A stretch of 61,592 nucleotides of DNA. It comes from Candidatus Heimdallarchaeota archaeon. GTDB taxonomy: Archaea; Asgardarchaeota; Heimdallarchaeia; Hodarchaeales; Hodarchaeaceae. A program made the position numbers and the translations under genes. The notes beneath the pieces are model-generated. The model saw nothing but the letters and a program-made list of their open reading frames with translations, did not search any database and had not been told where the DNA came from. Within the stretch, counting starts at the first letter, position 1. Each line of letters starts with the position of its first letter. Below, one piece after another: positions 36,920 through 45,802 of the stretch. The stretch lies in the NCBI GenBank assembly GCA_020353515.1, contig CP070695.1, forward strand, positions 4,128,221 to 4,189,812. The letters run 5' to 3'.

Positions 36920-38323
36920 ATGTCTAAACGAAAACAGACAAAGAAACAACGAATTCGTATGCAGATTCAAGATTCAGGTGAACGAATTCGAAATTTTGAA
37001 GAAGTTGCCCTAGGATTTACTGAAGAGGAGGCAATAGAGGAAGCTTCGCGGTGCCTGCAATGTAAGCGTCCACGTTGTATTCAGGGTTGTCCTGTAAGTG
37101 TACGTATACCTGAATTTATTCTCAAATTGAAAGAAGGAGATGTTGATTCTGCAAAAGAAATTATCCTTTCAACCAATAGTCTACCTGCTATAACAGGACG
37201 TGTCTGTCCCCAAGAAAACCAATGTCAAGAGTTTTGTATCCACCCCAATGCTATTAGTATTGGTGCATTGGAAAGATACGTTGCAGATCATGGAAAACGT
37301 CCTGAAATCAAAACTTCCAAGAAATTACAATCCAAAATTGCAATAATTGGATCTGGTCCATCTGGATTGACTTGTGCAGCTGATCTAGCTAATTATGGTC
37401 ATGAAGTGGTATTATACGAGGCACTACATGAGTATGGTGGAGTATTGACTTATGGGATTCCAGAATTCCGAATGCCTAAACAGATTGTAAATGAGGAGGT
37501 TGAGTATGTACAAAGTTTAGGGGTTCGATTAGAAAAGGATATTCTCATAGGAAAGACCATAACTATTGATGAACTTTTAGATGAGTTCAAATTTGATGCA
37601 GTGTATATTGCTTCTGGGGCAGGAACACCAAACTTTTTGAAAATACCTGGAGAGAATTTAAAAGGAGTTTATTCCGCTAATGAATATTTAACTCGTGTAA
37701 ACCTCCTTAAAGGATATGATTTTCCCGAATATGATACTCCCGTATCAGTAGGAGAAAAAGTTGCAGTCATTGGAGCTGGTAACGTTGCAATGGATGCTGC
37801 TCGAACCTCACTCCGACTAGGAGCACGTGAAGTAGATATTATTTATCGTCGTACCGAAGGAGAATGTCCAGCCCGATTAGAGGAGATTATTCATGCAAAA
37901 GAAGAGGGAGTAGTAATCGGAGAATTGATATCCCCAGTAGAAATTCTTGGAGATAAAAAAGGGAATGTTATCGGTTTGAAGTGTTTACGGATGCAATTAG
38001 GTGAGAAGGATGATTCTGGTCGTAGAAGACCCATCCCCATACCTAATACAGAATTTATCTTCCCCGTTGACACAGTAATCATTGCTATTGGTCAAAAACC
38101 AAACCAATTAATAGCTCAAACCACACCAGGTCTCGAATCCACTAGGTGGGGTACATTGGTGCATAAGGAAGAAACAGGAGAAACAACACGAGAAAAAGTT
38201 TACACTGGGGGCGATGTCGCTACTGGAGCTGCTACAGTCATCCTTGCAATGGAAGCTGGTCGAAAAGCAGCAAAGGCAATACATGAGGTGATATTAGGGA
38301 AAACAATTGCAATTGAGAATTAA
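36920..38323 (+). CDS. nfnB: NfnB/SudA (GltD-like large subunit of NADH-dependent reduced ferredoxin:NADP+ oxidoreductase)
   Basis: CLQCKRPRCIQGCP, GRVCPQENQC, GSGPSG, GAGNVAMD, YRR, GGD; adjacent to nfnA. Confidence 0.9.
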   Translation: MSKRKQTKKQRIRMQIQDSGERIRNFEEVALGFTEEEAIEEASRCLQCKRPRCIQGCPVSVRIPEFILKLKEGDVDSAKEIILSTNSLPAITGRVCPQENQCQEFCIHPNAISIGALERYVADHGKRPEIKTSKKLQSKIAIIGSGPSGLTCAADLANYGHEVVLYEALHEYGGVLTYGIPEFRMPKQIVNEEVEYVQSLGVRLEKDILIGKTITIDELLDEFKFDAVYIASGAGTPNFLKIPGENLKGVYSANEYLTRVNLLKGYDFPEYDTPVSVGEKVAVIGAGNVAMDAARTSLRLGAREVDIIYRRTEGECPARLEEIIHAKEEGVVIGELISPVEILGDKKGNVIGLKCLRMQLGEKDDSGRRRPIPIPNTEFIFPVDTVIIAIGQKPNQLIAQTTPGLESTRWGTLVHKEETGETTREKVYTGGDVATGAATVILAMEAGRKAAKAIHEVILGKTIAIEN

Positions 38324-38415
38324 TCCAAATAAGTATATAAGTATAGAATTATCATATAACTGTATATTCTCAGAGTGACCTAAAGTAATAACTTAAAACA
38401 TATAGTGGGGATATT

Positions 38416-38898
38416 ATGAAAGATAAATGGCGAGTAAAGCCCACACGTATTGGAAGGAGTCGAAAAATCCAAGTTAGACAGTTTGAACCCGAAGAAATTT
38501 GGATTGAATACGAACTAGAAGTTGAAGATGAATCTTCAGCTAATGAAGCTCTTCAAGAAGCAACAAAATTAGCGATGGCTTATTTAAATGAAGAAGAGAG
38601 GAAATTACGGAACAAAACAACGTTACTTAGTGAAGAAGTTGAAAAAAAACCTGTCGAAGAATACTCTCTAGAAATAACAAATGAGGGGAGAAAGTTAGGT
38701 AATTTTCGAGTTAAACCGTCTGAAGATCCACAATATGCAAATTTCGTCCATTTATGGCTAGAAAAAGATCAAAAAGAATTCTATGTAGGTTTTCTACGGA
38801 AAGATACTGGAGATTTTAAATTTAAGGTAAAGAACAAAGAATTAATTCAGGAATATGGAATCAAGAAGGGGAAGCATTTTAAAATTTTGAAGAAATAA
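38416..38898 (+). CDS. Hypothetical protein
   Basis: Clean 160-aa ORF with upstream TATA-like and SD-like sequences. Confidence 0.7.
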   Translation: MKDKWRVKPTRIGRSRKIQVRQFEPEEIWIEYELEVEDESSANEALQEATKLAMAYLNEEERKLRNKTTLLSEEVEKKPVEEYSLEITNEGRKLGNFRVKPSEDPQYANFVHLWLEKDQKEFYVGFLRKDTGDFKFKVKNKELIQEYGIKKGKHFKILKK

Positions 38899-38938
38899 AT
38901 AGAAAAAAGCAAATACAAAGATTTGAGATGAAAATAAG

Positions 38939-39853
38939 ATGCGAGTTCGTACTGCCGTTCGTGCTGGAAGCTGGTATTCTGGTCAGAAAGATCGTTTATT
39001 AAATGAGATTAATGCAATGTACATGCATAAAATAGGGCCAGGTAGAAAACCTCTGGCATTAGATCAAAGAAAAGATGTTAAGAATATCCTAGGAGTAGTT
39101 TCTCCCCATGCAGGATATGCATGTTCTGCACCGACGGCTGCTCATGGTTTTATAGCGTTAGCTGAGGATCGAAAAGAAATCAATACTGTGATATTACTTG
39201 GTAATAAACACACACCTTATGGGCCAGAAATCTCTGTTGCTCCATTTGATGCTTGGGAGACACCTCTTGGCCAAGTTCCTGTGAATATGTCCTTATTGAA
39301 TAGAATAATAGACAATAAACAACAATTACCTGATCGTTTAAGCAAGATATTAGATTTTGATGATACTGCTCATATGGATGAACACTCAATAGAATTACAA
39401 ATTCCTTTTCTTCAAGATATTTATTCAGATTTTAAAATTGCCCCAATAGGAATTGGTCGTCTCCCAACAAACATCACCCGAACTTTTGGCTATTATTTAG
39501 CTGAAATGATAAAAGAAGAAGGAATTGGAGATTCATCTGTTGCAATAGCTAGTACAGATATGACTCACGGTAACTATTCCCCCGTGTTAAATCATGATGA
39601 AGTCTCTTCACTTGATAAATTGGCTTTAACACCAATGTTAAATCGCGACCCTGAGGCGTTAGAAGAGGCGGTACAGAAAAATAATATATCTATGTGCGGC
39701 GTAGGGCCTGTAAAAGTTCTTCTTTCATTTGCGGAAAAGTTAGGAGCTAAATCAGCCAAATTGCTGAATTATTCGACCAGTGGATTGACTTGTGGGCCAC
39801 GAAGTTCAGTGGTTGGTTATGCATCAGTTGCAGTTATGAAAAGTGGAGATTGA
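38939..39853 (+). CDS. amrB: MEMO1 / AmmeMemoRadiSam protein B
   Basis: AGSWY, PHAGY, EHSIELQIPF, STDMTH, SMCG, VVGYAS. Confidence 0.92.
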   Translation: MRVRTAVRAGSWYSGQKDRLLNEINAMYMHKIGPGRKPLALDQRKDVKNILGVVSPHAGYACSAPTAAHGFIALAEDRKEINTVILLGNKHTPYGPEISVAPFDAWETPLGQVPVNMSLLNRIIDNKQQLPDRLSKILDFDDTAHMDEHSIELQIPFLQDIYSDFKIAPIGIGRLPTNITRTFGYYLAEMIKEEGIGDSSVAIASTDMTHGNYSPVLNHDEVSSLDKLALTPMLNRDPEALEEAVQKNNISMCGVGPVKVLLSFAEKLGAKSAKLLNYSTSGLTCGPRSSVVGYASVAVMKSGD

Positions 39854-40859
39854 GAACTTCACGCTATCTGAAGGACGTAGACATTTGGAAAACAAAATTC
39901 TTGTAGTAGGAAAAGTTTGTTTTCACTTAGACTTTTCCATCTCTGATGATTTTTCTTTAATGACTTCTGAGGAGGAAAGAGAACCTTCTACCAGTGCAAC
40001 TGATGTTAAGCGAGTACTTAACGGAATGGGTGCAAATATTGCTTATGGCTTAGCAATTTTAGGGTCATATCCAATCATTGTATCACAGGTAGGATATGAT
40101 TTCAAATGGTTTCATCATCCTCATTTGGAAAAACTTGGAATTGACGTGAGACCATTTATTCACCCTGAAAAAGAAACTGCTTGCTTCTATAAAATCAAAG
40201 ACAATCAAAACAAGAGTCTGATAATTTCCCAGGAAAACTCTTACCATTTCTTTGCAGAAAGAAATCTAGAAGATCAGCTTGAGTCAAACGAATTTCAGGC
40301 GCTTAGAGCTGTTTTTATTGGAACAGGAAAGGTTGAGGCTGATACAAAATTCATTTCCAAAGTTTATGATCTGAATAAAAGACTTCCTGTTATCTATTCA
40401 CCTGACACAAATATTCAAGAATTGACCAAGTGGCGATTGACACAAATCTTTGATAAGATTTCAATCTTAATCTGCACAGAAGACGAATTGAAAATGATCG
40501 AAGAACGGATGAAACAAACATGCGATGAGATATTAGCAAATTCGCAAAGGTTGAAATATATTATTTCGATGATTCAGCGATCAAGAATCATTATCTTTTC
40601 TAAGGAATTTAAGGTGAAAGTTTCCGAAGGTCCAGCAGATGAAGTACTTTCTCAAGAATTTTGGTATGACGCGTTTCGGGCTGGTGTTATTTATGGTGTT
40701 TCTTTGAAGAAACCAATTGAAGAAGCTGCGAAACTTGGTTCTGCTTTAGCATCATATGCTGTTGAAACTCGTGAGAACCAACAATATTCACCTAGTTTAG
40801 AACAGGTTTCACTGCGAGCTTTTGAAGTAAAGACTTCTCGGAAAGAAATATCCAACTAG
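39843..40859 (+). CDS. PfkB/ribokinase-family protein with altered anion-hole motif
   Basis: GMGANIAYGLAILG, VGYDF; FWYDAFRAG in place of GAGDAF. Confidence 0.75.
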   Translation: MEIENFTLSEGRRHLENKILVVGKVCFHLDFSISDDFSLMTSEEEREPSTSATDVKRVLNGMGANIAYGLAILGSYPIIVSQVGYDFKWFHHPHLEKLGIDVRPFIHPEKETACFYKIKDNQNKSLIISQENSYHFFAERNLEDQLESNEFQALRAVFIGTGKVEADTKFISKVYDLNKRLPVIYSPDTNIQELTKWRLTQIFDKISILICTEDELKMIEERMKQTCDEILANSQRLKYIISMIQRSRIIIFSKEFKVKVSEGPADEVLSQEFWYDAFRAGVIYGVSLKKPIEEAAKLGSALASYAVETRENQQYSPSLEQVSLRAFEVKTSRKEISN

Positions 40860-40874
40860 ATTTACAGAATTAGC

Positions 40875-41834
40875 CTACGAAGTAAAATTCGGGATATAAG
40901 ATTTTGCTAAATCATAATATTTGTTTGAAAGAGTAACTAGATCATCTTTTATCTGGGTATTGGGTTCATTCATGCCTTGAAATCCATAAACTTTACCTCG
41001 AACGTATGCTCGATAGCATTTAAAGAAGTCAATGATCTCTGGCAATAATTCGTCTCCACTAAAAGCAACATACTTTTTAATAAATAGCTTCGATAGTTTT
41101 TGTTCCTCCCAAAAATCGAGATCCATAGCTAAGAAACCGACATCCTCACACAGATCCCCATAACGTAACAAAGGATTGAACTCAATACAGTCAAAAATTT
41201 TTATCTGATCATTAGGAAGAATGAAGATATTATTACTACAGAGGTCTCCATGATTATCTGTTATACGGTCATCATTTATACGCTCTTGAAATAGCCCTTG
41301 ATTTCCTCGCATAAATCCGAAGATTTTTTCTTGAAATTCCTCACTTTCAGTCCGAAATTGGGAAGTTGTACGAAAGTTTTCGTCCCATTTTTCCCAGATA
41401 TATTTTAACTTACCTCTTTCAGGAACTTTTTTGGTATGGTCATGAAAATCAGCTAGCACATTAGCAATTTTTTCGATTGCAGATGCAGTTACACCCTTTT
41501 TCATCAAAATATTTTTCATAAGACACTTTTCTGGCATTTGCTTCATTTTTACTCCATATTCGATAATTTCCCCTGGTTGGTTGATTTTTCCTTCAGAATT
41601 TACCGAAAACACGTCAATGTAGATATCAGGAGAAAAACGCCTATTTAGCTCAATTTCTTTTTGACAAAATTTTTTCCGGAGCTCTAAAGTAGAAAAGTCA
41701 AGAATATCTCCAAATTTCACTGATTTTTTGACCTTATAAGCGAAAGAACCTGTTAAAAAAACCCAGGAAATATGAGTTTCTCGTATCTCTATTGATTTAA
41801 TAGGATGTTCATAAGCAGTTTCGGTTTCAAGCAT
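40875..41834 (-). CDS. Aminoglycoside-phosphotransferase-like kinase (COG2187-type)
   Basis: ETHISWVFL, YKVKK, ELNRRF, HGDL, FDCIEFN, YRAYVRGKV. Confidence 0.85.
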   Translation of the reverse strand: MLETETAYEHPIKSIEIRETHISWVFLTGSFAYKVKKSVKFGDILDFSTLELRKKFCQKEIELNRRFSPDIYIDVFSVNSEGKINQPGEIIEYGVKMKQMPEKCLMKNILMKKGVTASAIEKIANVLADFHDHTKKVPERGKLKYIWEKWDENFRTTSQFRTESEEFQEKIFGFMRGNQGLFQERINDDRITDNHGDLCSNNIFILPNDQIKIFDCIEFNPLLRYGDLCEDVGFLAMDLDFWEEQKLSKLFIKKYVAFSGDELLPEIIDFFKCYRAYVRGKVYGFQGMNEPNTQIKDDLVTLSNKYYDLAKSYIPNFTS

Positions 41835-42384
41835 CTTCGGATTGAAAGTCAGCAATATATGAAATCACTTCCTTAAGAATGATTGATAGATCTTTTCCCG
41901 TATCTATCTCTAAATGGGGGGTAGTTATGGTTTCAAATCTGTCTTTTATTTCTAAATAGATGTTAAAATCAGCATCACTAGCATTATCACCTTGAGATTT
42001 TCGTTCCTGTATCCGTTGTTTGATTACTTCTTCAGTACATGTGGTTTTAATGATATAATACTTTTGATTTAGTTGCTGACAGATTTTAATTAGGGGTATT
42101 CTCTTAGTTTGAGAATAAAATGTACCATCTACAATTATAGAGAGATTCTGACTGAGTAAAATCTCAACAATTAGATATAGTGCATTATAAACTAGATCAC
42201 GTTTTTCTTGAGTGTATAACTTGTCCCCAAAGGGTACATAGTGATGATGAGAGAAATCAAAAAGATTTCTACGAATCTTATCAGTACTTAAATAGATTGG
42301 GGGTTCTGATAACGATTGTATAAGTTCTGTTGCCAGGTAAGTTTTTCCAGTACCAGGTAAACCCAATATGATAACTAAGGGCAT
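41827..42384 (-). CDS. AAA_33 P-loop kinase (COG0645-type)
   Basis: GLPGTGKT, STDKIR, VDGTF, SDAD. Confidence 0.85.
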   Translation of the reverse strand: MPLVIILGLPGTGKTYLATELIQSLSEPPIYLSTDKIRRNLFDFSHHHYVPFGDKLYTQEKRDLVYNALYLIVEILLSQNLSIIVDGTFYSQTKRIPLIKICQQLNQKYYIIKTTCTEEVIKQRIQERKSQGDNASDADFNIYLEIKDRFETITTPHLEIDTGKDLSIILKEVISYIADFQSEDA

Positions 42385-42591
42385 TTAAACCAATTCTCTC
42401 AAGGGTATAATTTATTCGCTTTTCTTTTCTTAGACGATGATTTTCTGGTTAAATAAACTTGAAATTCTTAAAATTATTTTCCGTGTGGATGCTAAAACGA
42501 TTTAACACCTTTTAAAGCACATTAAAAGTAAAAAATATTCAATGCGACGTTTTTTATGCTCTCTCTATTTCTTTAAGAAGGTTTTTGAGAG

Positions 42592-42966
42592 TTATAATTG
42601 AACTCCAAGGTCAGCAGCCCCGTGACTCCAAAGCGATATTCTCCTAAAATCTACTAGTTCAAGTCCAATATCAAACAATTCTTTCCGAAGAATTAATTTC
42701 AATCTATTAATAATTATAGGACGCTGGGTGAGAATTTCATCCTCACCTATATCATTGAGCACAAGATCGATGTGACGCTGAACTTGGAAAAATAAGAAGA
42801 TATTAACATCATCCTGTTCTAAGAATCCTCTTGTAGCTCCTTTAATCTGTTCTAGATGCCTAACATGGTAGCTTAGGACTCCCCTAAAGTCAATTTCAGT
42901 TTGTTTCGGTGTAATGCGAGTGTAGGAAAAATCTAGATTGTATATACAATGTTCTTGGACTTTCAT
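42592..42966 (-). CDS. Minimal stand-alone SPFH/band-7-like domain protein
   Basis: ITPKQTEIDFRGVLSYHV...DEILTQRPII...GLELVDF pattern. Confidence 0.55.
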   Translation of the reverse strand: MKVQEHCIYNLDFSYTRITPKQTEIDFRGVLSYHVRHLEQIKGATRGFLEQDDVNIFLFFQVQRHIDLVLNDIGEDEILTQRPIIINRLKLILRKELFDIGLELVDFRRISLWSHGAADLGVQL

Positions 42967-43022
42967 AATATCCTTCTCATCCCTTATTTCTTATGTAAAT
43001 GAAAGAATTTTTCATTTATAAA

Positions 43023-44795
43023 TTAATGGATAATGAGATCTGTGAAGGTGAACTTATCTACATCTACAAGTCCTTTGTCGGTAAGTTTTAGATGAGGGAT
43101 AACAGGGAGAGCCATAAATGATAGCGCCATTAATGGTTCTTCAAACTCAGTAATGTCTTGAAAGGCATTATTTAATTTTATTAATTGATCTTGAAGAACT
43201 GAATATGGTTCAGTGCTCATTAATCCACCATAAGGAAGGGGTAACTTCTGGATTTTATCTTCAGAAATAACAATATAACCTCCTTTAATCTGGTGTAATT
43301 CTTTGACTGCTTCAAGCATTATTTGATGATCAGTTCCTGCTACAATGAGGTTATGACAATCATGAGCTACTGTGGTTGCCATTGCGAAGTTTTTGCTGGT
43401 TATATCAAATCCTTTGATAAATGCATTAGCAATATTCCCGTTGGTTCCATAGCGTTCAATTACAGTCAATGATAGAATATCATCCTCAGGTGTGGGGTGT
43501 ATCCATCCATCTTTCACCTGAAGATTCTCTTCTAACGCTTCTGTTATGACCGAATGCGATAGGACACCAATGACTCGTGTGGGATAAGTCCTATCTGAAA
43601 GAGAGACAGTTGCTCGAAAAGACTTATGATTGATTTGTTCTGGTAATTTTACTGTGTCGATTGCCCATTGTGGAAATTCAGGTTCAGGAATATTCCAGTT
43701 GAGTTTCTCATCTTTAAAGACGATCTTTCCATCAAAAATTACCGAATTTATCTTAAACTGTTGAAGATCCTCAAAAATCACGATATCAGCAATCTTTCCA
43801 GGGGCAATACTACCAATTTCATTTCCCAAGCCTAGATATGTTGCAGGATTGATAGTGACCATTTGCAATACTGATAATGGGGAGATTCCTTCTTCAACAG
43901 CTATTCGTAGATGATTATCAAGATGCCCATTTCTTAAATGATCAAAGAAATTGCGATCATCGGATGCAATAAGACAATTTCGGAGATCTAGATCTGTTCC
44001 TTTCACTGCTTTGAGTACATTCCGAAGATCCTTCGTTAAGGAACCCTCTCGTGCCATAACCCTCATCCCTTTACGTAGTTTTTCTAAAAATTCCTCTGGC
44101 GTGGTGCTTTCATGGTCTGATTGAGGACCAGCAGCAATATAAGCATCTAAATCATTACCAGAAACCCCTGGGCTGTGTCCATCTATTATATTTAATTTAG
44201 AACCAAGAATAATTTTGTTTAAAACCTCATCGTCTTTAAAAAGCACCCCTGGATAATTCATTACCTCTCCAAGGCCAAAAAAACGAGGTTCTTTCTCAAT
44301 CAGTTCTTTGATAGTGTTCGAGTCAATGATGTGTGCTGATGTCTCCAATCCTGGTGCTGCAGGCACACAAGAAGGGATCTCAATAAGAAAGCGTACAGGA
44401 AGCCCCTCGGCTTGGTTCATGAGAAGTTGAAGTCCATCTACTCCAAGGGCGTTACCAATTTCGTGTGGATCGAGTAAGACTGTGGTGGTTCCTCTGGGTA
44501 CGACAACTTTTGCAAATTCACTTGGGGGTAACATAGTACTTTCAATGTGAAGGTGTGATTCAATGAGTCCAGGAGAAACGTACTTTCCTCTAATATCAAG
44601 AGTATTATGGCTATTCTCCTGATCTAATAACCCCTGTTTCGCTACATTTGCTATTCGATTACGATATATTGCTATATCAGCTTCATACAATTCCCGAGTA
44701 ATAACGTTAACAAGAGTTCCGTTCTGAATTAGTAAATCAGAAGGAATTTCTCCGCGAGCACAAGAAATTAATTCTTTGAGGAATGAGATATTCAT
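43023..44795 (-). CDS. ade: Adenine deaminase
   Basis: HLHIES, DPHEIGN, GEVMNY, DGHSPG, SDHE, REGS, SDD, AHDCHN, LPVIPHLK. Confidence 0.95.
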   Translation of the reverse strand: MNISFLKELISCARGEIPSDLLIQNGTLVNVITRELYEADIAIYRNRIANVAKQGLLDQENSHNTLDIRGKYVSPGLIESHLHIESTMLPPSEFAKVVVPRGTTTVLLDPHEIGNALGVDGLQLLMNQAEGLPVRFLIEIPSCVPAAPGLETSAHIIDSNTIKELIEKEPRFFGLGEVMNYPGVLFKDDEVLNKIILGSKLNIIDGHSPGVSGNDLDAYIAAGPQSDHESTTPEEFLEKLRKGMRVMAREGSLTKDLRNVLKAVKGTDLDLRNCLIASDDRNFFDHLRNGHLDNHLRIAVEEGISPLSVLQMVTINPATYLGLGNEIGSIAPGKIADIVIFEDLQQFKINSVIFDGKIVFKDEKLNWNIPEPEFPQWAIDTVKLPEQINHKSFRATVSLSDRTYPTRVIGVLSHSVITEALEENLQVKDGWIHPTPEDDILSLTVIERYGTNGNIANAFIKGFDITSKNFAMATTVAHDCHNLIVAGTDHQIMLEAVKELHQIKGGYIVISEDKIQKLPLPYGGLMSTEPYSVLQDQLIKLNNAFQDITEFEEPLMALSFMALPVIPHLKLTDKGLVDVDKFTFTDLIIH

Positions 44796-44831
44796 AAAAA
44801 AAGCTCCTAAGAATAGAAAAATTCATTATTC

Positions 44832-45683
44832 TTATTTAAAAGATTTATGGATTATCTCCCAAAGGTCTTCGATAAGTAAACTCCTCCGCTTGATGATTTT
44901 TAACTTCAGCTCTGACTCTTGAGACTCAAACTGGAGATATTCGGTGAAATTCTCGAGTAAAGCTTGTTTTAACATAAGAGGTAGTGTCAAACGAAGGAAT
45001 GCTTTGTTCCTTTCTGCTGTTTGATCCATATTATAATTTACTATGGTAATAAGCTCATCTGTTCGGGAGATAAGTCGTTTAAAGTCACTTCCAATGATAT
45101 TTACAATCGATTCTTCAGAATTTAATTCCCGATCTAAAGAGAATACTTCATTCATAGTTACTGACATAGGCTTGAGGACGTTCTCAGAGAATGTAGCAAG
45201 GGATGTTTCTAATTGCTCTTCAAAATCGATTTCAAGCAAAGTGTTCAGTGCAACGAAATAATCCTTCCTCAGAGGTCTGAGTTCAGCTGTCAAAGCATAC
45301 AGTTGTTTATCAGAGCCACGAATAGAGATAGGATAAAGATCTCCCCGATAAAACTCAAAATACCCTGCTTTCGGGGGTTCCGAGAAAATTAGTGTGTATC
45401 CTTCGATTTTTTTGGCGATTTCTTCTAGAAACTCTATTGTAACAAGTGGCATGAGTTCTAAAGGAAAATCAGCATCAGGTTGAAGCCGATGATTCACATC
45501 TGGGACTGGATCGTTAAAATCAATTACATCGAATGTTTTATCAATACCATCGACATCAATGACGCAACTAACTCTTTCTGTTGTTATACGAACAGATTTT
45601 AATGCTTCTAGTCCAGATATATCAACGCTTTTTTCTACTGCTGTCCCTTCAATTGAGATAGGAGGGAATAGGGTAAAATACAA
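44832..45683 (-). CDS. Hypothetical protein, co-oriented with ade
   Basis: 283-aa ORF; GGTGA SD before TTG. Confidence 0.7.
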   Translation of the reverse strand: MYFTLFPPISIEGTAVEKSVDISGLEALKSVRITTERVSCVIDVDGIDKTFDVIDFNDPVPDVNHRLQPDADFPLELMPLVTIEFLEEIAKKIEGYTLIFSEPPKAGYFEFYRGDLYPISIRGSDKQLYALTAELRPLRKDYFVALNTLLEIDFEEQLETSLATFSENVLKPMSVTMNEVFSLDRELNSEESIVNIIGSDFKRLISRTDELITIVNYNMDQTAERNKAFLRLTLPLMLKQALLENFTEYLQFESQESELKLKIIKRRSLLIEDLWEIIHKSFK

Positions 45684-45802
45684 TTAGCTTTCACCAGTTT
45701 AGTGTTTTTTATCAGGAAATCTTTACTTTATTATGATGATAACTTCTTACATATAAGACTTGTTTTAATCCAACTTTCAATACATATTTTAGTATTCAGT
45801 TT

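Noticed and set aside
36920-38323. Annotation as glutamate synthase small subunit
   Set aside because: No large subunit nearby, and direct pairing with nfnA indicates NfnB/SudA
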